Origin: the human T2T-CHM13v2.0 reference genome, Homo sapiens
Assembly (NCBI RefSeq): GCF_009914755.1
Contig: NC_060947.1
Strand: one strand, 5' to 3'
DNA: 64,000 bases
In this document: positions 22,381 through 52,486 of the stretch, one piece after another
Numbering within the stretch: position 1 is the first letter of the stretch
Layout of the letters: each line of letters starts with the position of its first letter
Translations under genes and position numbers: made by a program
Notes under the pieces: generated by a model
What the model was told of the DNA's origin: nothing
Database searches by the model: none
The model's input: only the letters and a program-made list of their open reading frames with translations

Positions 22381-23059
22381 AATGTGCAGGGGGTCCTGCA
22401 GTTTTACTCTAACATGTTTACATATGTATTTTTTTTTAATTCTACTTTGGGAATGTCATGCTTCGTGGCTCAGTGAATTCATGCTTTTCATAATTTCTGG
22501 GAAATTCTCAACCATTATCTCTTCAAATATTGCCTTTCATTTTTTCTAGTTTTTCTTTCTTGGAATACAGTTAGTCATATTTTGGACCTCCTCATTCTAT
22601 CTTCCGTATCTCATAACATCTCTGAGATTTTCTATCTCCTTGTCTTTCTGCACTTCATTCTGGATAATTTCTTTAGGTATATCTTTCAGCTTACTGATTC
22701 TCTTTTCAACTATGTTTAATCTGCTCTAATCTGCCCATTGAGTTTTTTATTTCAAAAGTTATATTTTTCATTTGTACAAACCTCATATATTTTACTTGCT
22801 AATCTGCCTAGTCATCCCTAATAGTCTCTTATTGCTTGGTCATCTTAGTGATTACATCTGTTATTACTTCTTTAAAACATTTTATATAATTTTTGTTCAA
22901 CCAGTAGTCACTGTTTGCATGAGTATGACATTGTAAATATTGTTCACATCAAAACTACATAGTATATTCTGATTACATATCCTTCGTTGTATACCCTTTC
23001 GTTTTCCTTGGAGCTAATAATTGTGTATTTTGTTTTCTTTTGCTTAGTGTTCTAGTACC

Positions 23060-23700
23060 TATACTATTCTTCTCTGAAATTCTTTATACAATCCAAATCA
23101 GATCATGTCCTTCCACTATTCAGAATTCTCCCATGGCTCCCACCTCCCTCAACAAAAGCCAAAGCCCTCACCATGGCCCAAAGTCCCTACATAATCTGGT
23201 TCCCTTTACCTCTCTTACCTTGTCTCCTATCACTCTCAATATCACTCACTCTTCTCCAGCTACACTGGCCTCCTTGCTGTTCCCCAAGTGTGCTAGATAC
23301 CCTTCCTTTTCAGGGCCTTTGTACTTGTTCTTCTCACTGCCTGAAACACCCTTCCTCCTAAATAATCTGATGAGTTGCCCTAGTACTTCCAGTGTGCTCA
23401 AATGTCACCTCCCTAGAGAAGTGTTTCCTGATCAACATATCTAAAATCGCCCCATCACATGCATTTTATATCCCTTTATCCTATTTTATGTATGTTTTTC
23501 TACAAAGCACTGATCACCACCTGGTATATTTTATATTTATTTATTGTGGTTAGTGTTCGTCTCTCTTCAGTAGACTGTAAGCTCCATAAAGCAGGGACTT
23601 CTGTTTTGTTCACTGCTGTATCCCCAGTGCCAAAAACAACAGTGCATAGTAGATACTCAATAAATATTTGTGGAATAAACTGAATGAATGGATGAATGAC
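23060..23700 (+). mobile_element. L2a 3' end, piece 3
   Basis: AAATCAGATCATGTC, TAGACTGTAAGCTCCAT, CTCAATAAATATTTGTGGAATAAACTGAATGAATG terminus. Confidence 0.9.
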
Positions 23701-24459
23701 TTAATTGATTAATGTGGAGGATAGAGAAATAAAGGCCTTGAGGAGTAGGCTAGGCACAAAGGCCTTTAATGCCATGCTAAGGAACTTGGATATCATTTTT
23801 CATAAGGGTGGGGGCTGTGAAGAAGCAGTGAGGATAGCTCCTGAGTTCTTTTGGGAAGCAAGTTCTCAGTTGGTAGGGTTGTGGCAAAGCCCCATATTTT
23901 CTGACTGGCTGTACGCCCTAGGGCTCCTGAAGGCAGGCCTGCCTCTTACTCAAATAGCCCTCAAACTGCTGTGTTGTCGTGCTGCCTGTTACCTGGTGAA
24001 AAACAAAACCCCAACTCTCATTGGGCTTTCTGATCCCAGCTATCATCCCCCTTTCTCTTGCACGGTGAGGAACTGTTTCCTGGTCCCCAGGCCAAGCAGA
24101 CCACTCTCATTATACTTTACCTGTGGTACTTGGTGGTGGTAGGGGGGCTGCAGGGGATAGCGTGGAAGCTGGCATGATGCTGGGCTCATAGTAAGTGTTA
24201 TTATAATGGGAGATACCCATAGGAGGGTAAGTTACAGCTCAAAAAGAGTTTATTTCATTGTCAAAGTGAGAACAGGCTGTGTGGGGTTTTAGTCCTGACT
24301 TTGCCCCTAACCCTACTGGGGCCTAGTCTGGCTCCAGTGTTTCTGCCTGCCCATGACTCCGGATACTAATTCTGTTGTCTAATGTGTGACCTACTCTCCT
24401 GTTTTGGTCACCCACTAATTTCATCAGCATGCCATCAGAATTATACAGAATGCCATCTA

Positions 24460-24705
24460 TAAGTTCAGTTGAGCAAAATTTGACCACTTACTGTGTGTCA
24501 GGCCTCCTGCTGTACACTGAAGACACAGAGATGAACGAGGTGTGTTCCTAGACACAGAACCGTAATTTCAGGGCAGTGTGGTCAGTGCAGTAACACTGGT
24601 AGGAAGAATAGACTGTGAGAGCCCCTAAGGAATACACAACCCAGCTCAGGGGACCAAGGAAGCTTTCTTGGAAGAGATGGCATATGAACTAAATCTTAAA
24701 AGATT
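24460..24705 (-). mobile_element. L2 3' fragment, antisense
   Basis: TTTGACCACTTACTGTGTGTCAGGC..GAAGACACAGAGATGAA. Confidence 0.65.
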
Positions 24706-24709
24706 TAGT

Positions 24710-26436
<1,727 letters not shown>

Positions 26437-26644
26437 CTACATAATTTTTGTTTCCAAACATATATATTTCGTTGTCAGCAGTAGTGAGAAACTCACTGAC
26501 ACCAGATTTGGCCAAAGGCACCACAGATAACACAGGCATGACATATTCTGAAGCCTTAGAAAGAATTTGTATGAATAGTGGGCCAGGGGGGCCCTCTACT
26601 GTGTGCAAACATGGGTCAGTGCCACAGTTCTGTCACTTGCGAGT

Positions 26645-26968
26645 ATGGTAGTGCAGTGGACTTGAGACAGACTGCCTGGATTCAAATCCCAGAGCTGGTC
26701 AAGTCACTTGACCTCAATTTTCTGTAGTTTCTTCTGTAAAAATGGGGATAGTAGTGTTACAGCTGTTTTAGAATTTGTCTAGCAGGCATTCTGGTTTTTG
26801 CTGAAAGCCCCCTTAAAAATAAATAAAACAAAACTGGGGATAGTAGTAATATGCACTTCATAGGATTATTGAGGGTATTAAATGAGTTAATCTACATAAA
26901 GTATTTAGAATAATACATGGCATGTAGTAAGCACTGTATATGTGTTTGCTGTTACTACCATTATTACT
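26645..26968 (+). mobile_element. MIR SINE, interrupted by the U7 retrocopy
   Basis: CAGACTGCCTGGATTCAAATCCC, CAAGTCACTTGACCTC, TGTAAAAATGGGGATA, ATTAAATGAGTTAAT, GTAAGCACT. Confidence 0.85.
26752..26814 (+). pseudogene. RNU7: U7 snRNA retropseudogene (possibly RNU7-37P)
   Basis: AGTGTTACAGCTGTTTTAGAATTTGTCTAGCAGGCATTCTGG...GAAAGCCCCCT versus U7; Sm site AATTTGTCTAG (26772-26782); A-rich tail; TSD AAAA(A/C)TGGGGATAGTAG. Confidence 0.92.
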
Positions 26969-27599
26969 TTTGCGACGAGGGGATTGAAGGAAGAAGAGCT
27001 TCTATGCTGCAATGGGGAAAGGAGTATATCCTGCCCTGTGTGTTCCCCTAATATCTTGGATATAAAAGCCATCCACAAAAAACACAGGGTCAGGAATTTG
27101 AAGGTGTTATTTGGGCATCTTAGAGTGTGGGATATCAAGTAGGCAGTCAGAATGGGATAGAATTCTTCAGTGGGAAGTATTGGATATTTCCTTTTTGGAG
27201 CAGAGCAGTACCATATGGGGGAACAGTGACAGAGGGATAATCTAGGGTCAGGGGATTTCTTAAGCAGTTAATAATGCTTTTTCTCTTAGGAACTAACCTG
27301 TCAGGTACTGAGAGGCTTTGAAGATGGCTCTTCAGGTTGGGGACACACCTTTATTAAGGGGCAAGACTGCTGCCAGGAGTTGATTCACATACTCAGAGGT
27401 AGGATTGACCACACAAAAAAAATGCTTTCAAGTCTTTGTTCTAAATTTTCTTTGACCCTCCGTAAGTTTGGGGAAAGTCCCAGCCTCAGTAACCACCTCA
27501 GTAACCATCCCAGACACAGTCTAGAGGATATGAACAGGCAGAGTGGGTCATGTGGAAAACAGGCGCGTGGTGGGGAGGCCAATTTGAGGAGCCATTAGT

Positions 27600-28540
27600 A
27601 TTAAAATGGAAAGTTCAAGAGATACAAAAATTATAAACAAAACTTTATCAAATCAAATCCAATAATGTATTAAAAGGATAATGAATCATAACAAAATGGA
27701 TTTTATCCCAGGAATGCAGGATTGGCTTGGCATTAGAAAATCAATCATGCAGTTCAACATATTAACAAACCAAAAAGGAAAACCCATATGATTATTGCAA
27801 TAAATGCAGAAAAAGCATTTGACAACATCTAACATCCATTCCTGAGTTTAAAAAACAAAAACCTCTTGGCAAACTAGAAGTAGAAGGGAACTTCTTCAAC
27901 CTGATATAGGGCATCTGCAAAATAACCCACAGCTAACATTATATTTAGTGGTGAAAACTGAGTGCTTTCCCCCACAAGATCAGAAATCAAACAGAGATGT
28001 CCACTCTCACCACTTCTATTCAGCATTATACTGAAGGTTCTAGGCAGTGCAGTCAGGCAAGAAAAAGAAGCAAAAGGCATCCAAATTGGAAAGGAAGAAG
28101 TAAAACTGTATTTACAGAAAATGTGATCATCTATATAGAAAATCCAACTGAGTCCACCAAAAATAAAACCCTACTAGAACTAATAAGTGAGTCTAACAAG
28201 TTGCAGGTTATAAGATCAATATACAAAAATTAGTTGTATATCTATATACTAGCAATGAACAATTGGATACAGAAAGTTTTAAAATACCATTTACAATAAC
28301 ATCTAAAAATATGACTTAGGAATAAATCTGACAAAAGATGTGGAAGACCTATACACTTGTATTGCTGAGAGAAAGAGGAGCCAAATCAATGAAAAACATT
28401 CATAGGTTGGAAAACTTAGTATTGTTATGATGTCAGTTCTCCCCAAATTGATCCATAGATTAAATGTAATTCCTATAAAAATCTCAGCAGGCTTTTTGCC
28501 GAAATTTACAAACTGATCCTAAAATTCATATGGAAAGGCA
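27600..28540 (+). mobile_element. Old L1 ORF2 (RT region) fragment
   Basis: TTTATCCCAGGAATGCAGG, GCAGAAAAAGCATTTGACAA, CCACTCTCACCACTTCTATTCA. Confidence 0.85.
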
Positions 28541-28649
28541 CTACAGAGCCTGGTACAGTGTGTAGAAACCCTGGGTAGGGTTCAGCTTTCCCACAGGATT
28601 AGGACTATCAGTGGAGCACATGTAGAGAGGAAAAACAGTGACAGGGCCT

Positions 28650-29697
<1,048 letters not shown>

Positions 29698-30273
29698 CTA
29701 GTCACCCACTCCCCATGGCATCATCCTTTAGAGTCTGCTCTTCACTGAGGAGGAAACAGCCACACCTACACTCTGCTAACCTGAGGCCAGAATGCCCAGG
29801 TGAGCCTGGCGCAGACGGTCTGTACTTGGCTGGTTTTGAGTATGTGCTGGTGCGGCTCCTGCACACCCTCTCACCAGCACTGCAGCTGCCTGGAGCAGGT
29901 GTGGACATGCATTTCACCACACAGAAGTTGCCTGCTGTGATCTACTATTGAGGGTGGGGGCTGGTCACAGAGTTTGGAAGTGAAGAGTTAGAGCGGCCCA
30001 TTCCCTGTCAAACCATATGGTAACCAGACCATATGGTAACTAATTTCTGGTCCACATAACAGCCCTGCCAGTGCCCTGACTATGCTGAGACATGGGTGTA
30101 TTTTCCTGGCCTCATTTATAACCGTACCCTCTGACTTCCCCAGAAGCAGCTCTTGTAAACTCTTAGGGAAACTGAAGCCAGACTCACTATGACTGAGAGA
30201 TTCTCTCCAGCTTATCCTCTCCTGGAACTCTTCACCTAATTGTAGCAATACTGCTCCTTCCATAACCAGCTTA

Positions 30274-30645
<372 letters not shown>

Positions 30646-32169
30646 ATTTTTCCGCAAAAATCGAGGAAATGAGAACATAAAGGTCAAGGTAGTGGTTTCT
30701 TCTGGGCAGGGGAAGGAGATGAGGGATCCACAGTTGGCTTCTCAAACTCTATAATGTTCTAGTTCTTAAGCCAGCTGGTGGGTAGATGGGTGTCTTCTTA
30801 CATGTCTTTCAACTGTACATGGAAGTTTTCAAAACTTTTCTCTATGTTGAATACATTTAAAAGTTTGAAAGGAACACAAAGAGATTTCAAACCCGATAAC
30901 ATTTGCATTTATCAGAACACATAGAATAAAAGAGAATGACAATAATCACATTGGAATATCTGCCTATGAGGGGGTGGGTGTTGGAAACGGGAGTGAGGAA
31001 TGAAGGTAAAGTGGAGTCAATAAATGAATAAGTAAATAAAAAGGTAAGCATTTTACTGATCAAAGATAATAATGTAACATGACCAGTGGAGTATAGCTTC
31101 CTCCACCTGCACCTGAGATTCAAAGGAAAAATAAATACTGAGCGTGATCAAGAAACTGGTCCCTAATAAATCTGATTGATCCAAACCAACAGGTACAAAC
31201 TTAAATCACCTGAGTACTCAAAAGATTATTATAATCAAGTAAATCATTGCAACAGAGAGTTTTCTGAGGTGAAGGATTTTGAAAGCTCCTTCAAAAGTTG
31301 GTCATTTCTCCAAAGTTTTGTCGGGATTGCTTCCCAGCATTCCTAAAGGATTCAGATGCATCCCTCGGTTCATTAGCCCATTTCACAGTAAAACTCAAAA
31401 GCTAGTGGAGAAAGCAGGGGGCTGAACTCATGTCCCTACAAGAGCAAAAGACCAAACCTTCATACCTTGGAAGTACAGTCCCATGTTGAACCATGTCTTG
31501 GAAATTGCCTCTGTAGCTTCAACACAAACAAAAACCTGGCTGTTGGAAAAATGTGTGCTTGATTTAACCTCAGCCATCCTTAGACTAGAAAAGAATCGTG
31601 GGGGTTATATTGAGTCTGCTTGGATCACCCCTAGCCACACTCTCCCTCCTTTTGTCCCCCAGTCCTAGTGTCCCTATCTCCACTGATGGACAAATGGACA
31701 TTTCCCCTCAACACTGAGGTCACGAATTCTGCCTTGTCTCTGCACTCAGGTTGCCTTGCCAGATCTGCTGTGGGCTGCAGTTTTAGTTGAGATCATGTTA
31801 GTTAGCTCTTATTGTATGAAATGGCTTTCTGTTACCATAGGATGCTTCATTGAGGTATGTGCCTTCCTGCCTAACCTTGTACGTCTACTGACATATCAGG
31901 TAGACATGTTCCTTGCAAACTAAACATAGTAATGCGCTGCAGGCCAGTTGGAGTATAACCAGACCTCCCCATGCCATTTGTATCACCTGGGTCTGACCCA
32001 CAATAACTGTCTTTATGAGTTGAGCCCTTGCAGAAGTCCCAGCCAACTTGTGGACAGCTGACTTTAACAAGGGAGGGCAGCTGCTTAGGATGCTCCCATT
32101 AAAATCAAAATCACACAGCACCTGTTGCCATCTTCTAGCCCTAGTGTCCACTTTCCATACTGGCAGAAG

Positions 32170-33327
<1,158 letters not shown>

Positions 33328-33727
33328 CATTAGTATACTGTTGATGTTGAACCATAACATTCTAAGTGGCCCTAGGATTTTCTTTTCTTGGGTTCTCCCA
33401 TCCAGTTTTATAATTTAGGTTATACTAACCTCAAAAAGTGGAATAAATAGGTTTTACTTTTGTTATTGTGCATATGATTGGAATTAACTATACCTTGAAG
33501 GTTTGCTGCAGCTCACCTACAAAACCCACTGGGGTTTTGAGAGAGAACAGTTCTTTGACTACCATTTTTACTTCTTTAATACTTACTGGACTATTCAAGG
33601 CCTTTCTATTTGTGCCATTTTTAGCATGGTGTATTTTTCTAAGAATGTATCATTTATTTTCATCTAGGTTTTTTAATTCATTGGCATGTCATTCATAATT
33701 CTTCACTGTTAAAAAATCTATTTTTCT

Positions 33728-37452
<3,725 letters not shown>

Positions 37453-37959
37453 TAAAATTATTTTGAAATTATATTTGAACAGTGTGGTGTTTCACACAGT
37501 TCCCTCTTTGAACGTCTTGGTCCAGTGCAAGATCTAGTGCATGGCTCCTACTACCAGAGAGGGGCTGTGTGGGGGCTGCAGTATACAGCACTTCTCTGAC
37601 CTTCTGTGGGAATCATTCGACTTAACCTGATTTTTGCCTTCCTCCTGCTCATCATGATACTTTGTTGGTGTGCATATGTGTAGTATTTAAATACTTTATT
37701 AGATTCAATCTGCTCTTTTCACAATTTTTTCTGGTAACATGGAAGCTATATCTTTTATTATCAGAATCAGCATCTATTATTAGGTGCTGCTTTAAAGGAA
37801 CATAACTGATTTCATTTTCTTATTTGTTATTCCCCCATTGTTTTACCTTCCCTCCCTCCCTTCCTCTTTCCTTTTTTCTTTCTCTCTGTCCCTCATTCTT
37901 TCTTGCTCTCACTCTCCCTCTCCAGTTGCTCCTTCTCCCACTCTCTATTATTGGATTTT

Positions 37960-40265
<2,306 letters not shown>

Positions 40266-40396
40266 TATTACTGGATTTTGAAGTTAACAATTAGCCAAAT
40301 ACTGATTTTTGATGGAAATTTATTCTGAATTATTTTCTTTTAGAAAAAAATAGGAAAACATATAACAATAGAATTACTTAATTAAATTGATTCCTT

Positions 40397-40957
<561 letters not shown>

Positions 40958-41296
40958 GTCCATACATGAGTGTAGGGAATACTTTGTGAATTTTTAGACT
41001 TTTTATTAACCACCAGAGAATATTTACTACACCTGGGTGTTTTTTAAAGAATACTGTTCTTATTCTGAAATAAGTAGACCGTTTTGCATATGATCAGCCA
41101 GTGTCCCTTACACAATTTATTTCATGTAATTTTCATCTTTCCCATGTAAATCTCAGTTCAGCCACTTAGTGGATCCAAGTCTCCAGGCAGCTGCCTTAGT
41201 CGTTCTGTGTCTCAAGTACTTTTAATCCATATTGTACAGTAAGGTGAATTTATAGATTTCAAGATCTATAAATTCTATAGATCTATAAGTGAATTT

Positions 41297-46540
<5,244 letters not shown>

Positions 46541-46719
46541 GATCTATAGGTGAATTTATAGATTTCAGGATTACACCTGGGTTTTTTTTTAATGTTTCAG
46601 TGCAATTTATTTTAAAGCACTCTTAATGCATTTAAATTTTATTTTTAAATGCATTAAAATTTAAATTTTTTAACATTTAAAACATTAATTTTTTAACAAT
46701 TAAAATTAATTTTTCTGTT

Positions 46720-47020
46720 TGGTAGATACTGTGTCTATGTTGCCAGAGCTAGTCTTGAACTCCTGGCCTCAAGAGATCCTCCCGCCTCAGCCTCCCAAAG
46801 TGCTGGGATACAGGCACAAGCCACTATGCCTGGCCAAAATTAATTTTTGAGCCCAACACAGTGGCCCACACCTGTAGTCCCAGTTACTCAGGAGGCTGAG
46901 GCAAGAGGATTGCTTGAGCCCAGGAGTTTGAGTTTGTGGCATACGATGATTGTGCCTATGAATAGCCATTGTACTCAAGCCCGGGCAATATAACTAGACC
47001 CCATCTCTAAGTAATAATAA
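46720..47020. mobile_element. Two old Alu monomers head to head: 46720-46834 (-), 46849-47020 (+)
   Basis: FLAM/FRAM-like consensus. Confidence 0.8.
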
Positions 47021-47078
47021 TTTTTTAGAACCTAACATGTAAATAGATTTAATTTATACAAATATTTATTTTCAAATC

Positions 47079-47584
47079 TGTATTAGGTTTCTCCAGGGAA
47101 ACAGAATCAATAGGATATATATGAGACAGAGAGCAAGAAAGACAAAGATTCATTGTAGGGAGTCGGCTCACATGATTGTGTAGGTTGACAAGTCTTAATA
47201 TCTGCTAGTTGAGTTGTCAGGAGGAAGACCCAGGAGTACCAATGGTGTAGTTCCAGTTTAAAGGCTGGCAGACTCAAGACCCAGGAAGAGCTGATGTTTC
47301 CGTTTAAGTCTGAAGGGAAGAAAAAGCTGATGTTGTAGTTTGAAGGCAGTCAGGCAGGATAATTCACTCTTACTTCGGGGAGGGTAATCCTTTTTGTTCT
47401 ATTCAGGCCTTCAACTGATTGGGTGAGGCCTGCCCACATCAGGAAGGGCAATCTGCTTTACTCAGTCTACCAATTTCAATGTTCCTGCCACCCAGGAACA
47501 CCCCCAAAGAAACCCCAGAATAATGTTTGACTAAATATCTGGGTACCCCAAGACCCAGTCAAGTTGACACAATTAACCATCACA
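47079..47584 (-). mobile_element. MLT2B-type (MLT2B3-like) 3' LTR of an ERVL provirus
   Basis: TGTATTAGGTTTCTCCAGGGAAACAGAATCAATAGG ... AATTAACCATCACA. Confidence 0.9.
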
Positions 47585-50236
47585 AATCCATGCCTTGTGA
47601 ACTTGGCACCCATATACACCTCCTTAAACCACATTTAATCTTCAAATGAAGACCATAACAAGGTCATAATTCCATCTAACATGATACAACTGTTCTACCT
47701 ACAACTGAAAACGCACTAACCTTTTCCCCAGAAAAAGAGGTAAAGTCCTTCACTGATGTTAACTCTTTTCTTTGATATCCTGTAACTTAAATACTATGAT
47801 GTAAAGTTAACAATTCTTAAATACTATTATTTAAAGCCAATACATCTTATGTTACATGATAAGGGGATAAGAGAGGGAAGAAAACAAAAGTATTTGATAC
47901 ATACAAACAAATATATTCATAACAAAATAAGCAGGAAATATGACAATTACAGCCCTTGTTTCTCTAACTGGTCACATGATAACTGATATTTATAACTACC
48001 TTCTTCCACTACCCATTCCATATTCTGTTTGCCTTCAGCAAGCAACTCAACTAGTCATAGTTCTTTACTGGTAGGGTAACCCAAAGCTTCATTGTTGTAG
48101 AATCTGGGCCATTAGTAGTCCTGCCTGGGTTGGGTTGTTGTCGTTTTCCATTGACCTTAATCATAAGGGATGGTAACACTAAGAGATTCTCTAGAGTATT
48201 TCCTGTATTCTAGAATACTCTTCCTTCCCTCCATTGTAGAGTAGTATTCCAGTTTCCTCTTGGTAGACAGGATCAATCACTCCAACCAACACCACAACTC
48301 CCTTCTTTGCCTTAACTTCTAGCTCAATGGAATCGTTGTGTCTCCTGGCGGAAGCATTCCTCCCTTTGGAACTGAAACCTCTAGGCTAGCAGACCAAAAG
48401 ATCTCTGTAACAGGAGGAGAAATTTTGCTAGTGGGTCACTAGGGTTGATAGGGACCCATTGATTTCCACCCATTGATTCATGGATCTGTGAATCCTGGCT
48501 GTGGGAGAAACAGCACCATATATTAGATACAGATTCAGAGTATATACAGACTCCTGGAGAATCTTACCCTAGCCCTGCAAGGTATTGTAACCTAGTTGGC
48601 ACTGTAACTGAATCTTCCAAAGGCCATTCCACCATTCTTTCAAGCCAGCTATTTCAGGGTGGTGGGGAACATGGTGAGAGCAGTGAATTCCATGAGCATG
48701 GGCCCATTGCTGCACTTCTTTGGCTGTAACGTTAGTTCCTTAACCAGAAGCAATGCTATATGGAATATTATGATGGTGGATAAGGAATTCTGTAAGACCA
48801 TGGATGGTAGTTTAGGCGGAAGCTTTGTGTGCATGGAAGCCAGACCAGTATCTAGAGTGTCTGTTCCAGTAAGGACAAAACATTGCTTCTTCCCTGATGG
48901 AAGCAATCCAGAGTAATCAACCAGATAACTGATCTCCCCGGGAATGATGCCATATTGGAAACTCAGTGATAGTCTCTGCTGGTTGTAGATTAGACACTCG
49001 GCAGTGGTCATAGTCAGGTTGGCTTTTGTGAGTGGGGGTGCATGTTGCTGTTCCCATGCATAACCTCCATCCCTGGCACCATGGCCACTTTGTTCATGAA
49101 CCCATTGGGCAATGAGAGGATAGCTGGGGAAAGAGGCTAACTGGTATCCACAGAAACTATTATTCTGTCCACTTGACTATTAAAATCCTCCTCTGCTGAG
49201 GTCACCTTTGGTGAGGATTCACACAGGACATAAATGTCTTCACTTTTTTTGACCCACATAAGGAAGTCTATCCATCTACCTTTTCCTCAAATTTCCTTGT
49301 CACTAGTTTTCTAACATGTTCCTCCCAAGTTCCTGACCATCTAACCAAACCATTCATCACACCCCACAAATCAGTATATGATTGCATATCTATCCATTTC
49401 TCCTCCCAAGCAAAGTGAACAACTAGGTGCACTGCTTGGGAGTTCTACCCACTGGGAGGATTTCCTTTCACTGTCCTTCAGGGATGTCCTAGGAAGAGGT
49501 GATAGTGCTGCAGCTGTCCACTTTGGGGTGGTGCCTACATACCATGCAGAACCATCTGTAAACCAGGCCCAAGTCTTCTCTTCCTCTGTCAGCTGACTGT
49601 AGGGAACTCCCCATGAGGCCACAGGTGCAGACTGGGAGAGAGAAGACTGTGTATCAGGAGTGGAGACCATGAGCATTTGGGCCACTTCTTCATGTAGCTT
49701 GTGCCTTCAGGGCCTGCTCAGGCCCCATCACATATTTACCACTTCCATTTGGTGATGGAGCACTGGTGTGCACACCCAACTTTATGGCTTGGTGGGTCAG
49801 ATAACACCCAGATCATGATGGGCAGCTCAGGTCAAATGGTAACTTGGTGGCCTATGGTCAAGTGTTGTTTCTACTAAAACCCAGTAGCAGATCAAGAGCT
49901 GTTCTCAATAGGAGAGTGGTTATCTGCAGGAGATGGCAAGTCTTTGCTCTAAAATCCTAAGGGCCTGAGCTGTGGTTCACCTATGGGAGCCTGCCAAGAG
50001 CTCCAAACAACATCCCTAAATGCCACTGTCATTTCAAGCACCACTGTCATTGGATCTGCTGGATCATATGCCCCAAGTGGCAGAGCAGCTTGCAGAGCAG
50101 CCTGGAGCTGTTGCAGAGCATTTTCTTATTCTGGACCCCACTCAAAACTAGCAGCTTCTCAGGTCGCTTCATAAATAGGCCAGAGTAACAAAGCCATATG
50201 AGGAATATGTTGCCTCCAAAATCCAAGGAGGTCCTA

Positions 50237-50591
50237 TGTATTAGTCTGTTCTCACACTGCTAATGAAGATATACCTGAGACTGGGTAATTTATAAAGAAA
50301 AGAGATTTAATTGACTCCCAGTTCCACATGGCTGGGGAGGCCTCACAATCACAGTGAAAGGAGAATGAGGAGCAAAGTCACATCTTACATAGTGGCAGGC
50401 AAGAGAGCTTCTGCAGGAGAACTCCCATTGATAAAACCATCAGATCTCGTGAGACTTATTTGCTACCACAGAACAGTATGGGGGAAACTGCCCCCATGAT
50501 TCAGTTAGCTCCACCTAGCCCCATCCTTTACACGTGGGGATGATTACAATTCAAAGTGAGATTTGGATGGGGACACAGCCAAACCATGTTA
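50237..50591 (-). mobile_element. THE1 (THE1B-like) MaLR solo LTR
   Basis: TGTATTAGTCTGTTCTCACACTGCTAAT..GGGGACACAGCCAAACCATGTTA; 5-bp TSD TCCTA and CCCTA. Confidence 0.92.
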
Positions 50592-50657
50592 CCCTACTAG
50601 GTGTTGTGCCTCATTTTTTGGTTTTAGGAGGGCCCAGATGCAACAACTTACCCTTCA

Positions 50658-51665
<1,008 letters not shown>

Positions 51666-51983
51666 TCCCTGTGAACTAAATTATGACATAGTGTTGGAGA
51701 GTTGATGTACCCCTAATGTAGGCAGGGATGGTGTATTTCTGGCCTTTCCAAATGAAAGCAAACTACTTCTGATGGGTTTTATGGACAGGGATGGAGAAAA
51801 AGGCATTTGCCGGATCAATAGCTGTATACCAACAGCTCAAGCAGTGAAACCACATCTGGCACAATGTCTGCAATTAGAGACACCACCAGGTTAAACTTAA
51901 TCTAGTGTCATCCTCCAAGATCCATCTGTCTTCCGCACAGGACAAACAGGATGGTTCAATGGGGATGTGGTGGGAATCCCCAA

Positions 51984-52486
51984 TGTAAGAGTTAAAGAGG
52001 AAAGAAACACAAAATGTGGCTTAACAGTTAAAGACAGATTTATTGTAGAGAAAATAAACCTGAGAGGGGCTTCTGGCCGATTTCAGTCAGGAGCACTTTC
52101 TCTTACAGACTAAGAGTATATATTGGTTTTAGGGTGAAGGGGCTTATTACAAGCTTGGAATGTTTCTTTGTGGGGGAGAAGTTTTACGGTGGAGTTAAAA
52201 TGTCTCTGGGCAGAGGGGAGGTTATCTTGGGGCTGACATCTTTCCGGCCAGAAGAGGTTTATCTCGAGGCTGGCATCTTCCCACCCAGAGGGGGTTTATC
52301 TCAGGGCTAGCATGTCTCTGGTTGAGGAGGAGTTCGGGATGTTTCTGGTTGGAGATGTTGTTTGTGGTTTACAGTCGTGCTGCCTTAGCCATTACACTGA
52401 TGCCCTTTGGATTTAGGCAGTTTTTTATTAAGGTGAATTTAAAAATGACAGTAGTTGTTCAAGATGGCAGTACTCTTGCTCTGTCA
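51984..52486 (-). mobile_element. ERV1 solo LTR (LTR19-like)
   Basis: TG...CA termini; minus start TGACAGAGCAAGAGTACTGCCATCTTG; AATAAA near the 3' end; splits contiguous ERVL RT sequence. Confidence 0.8.

Noticed and set aside
23040-23444. 134-aa ORF
   Set aside because: Lies in L2a; non-ATG start
23705-24142. 145-aa ORF
   Set aside because: Starts at TTG in L2-like sequence; no recognisable domain or exon structure
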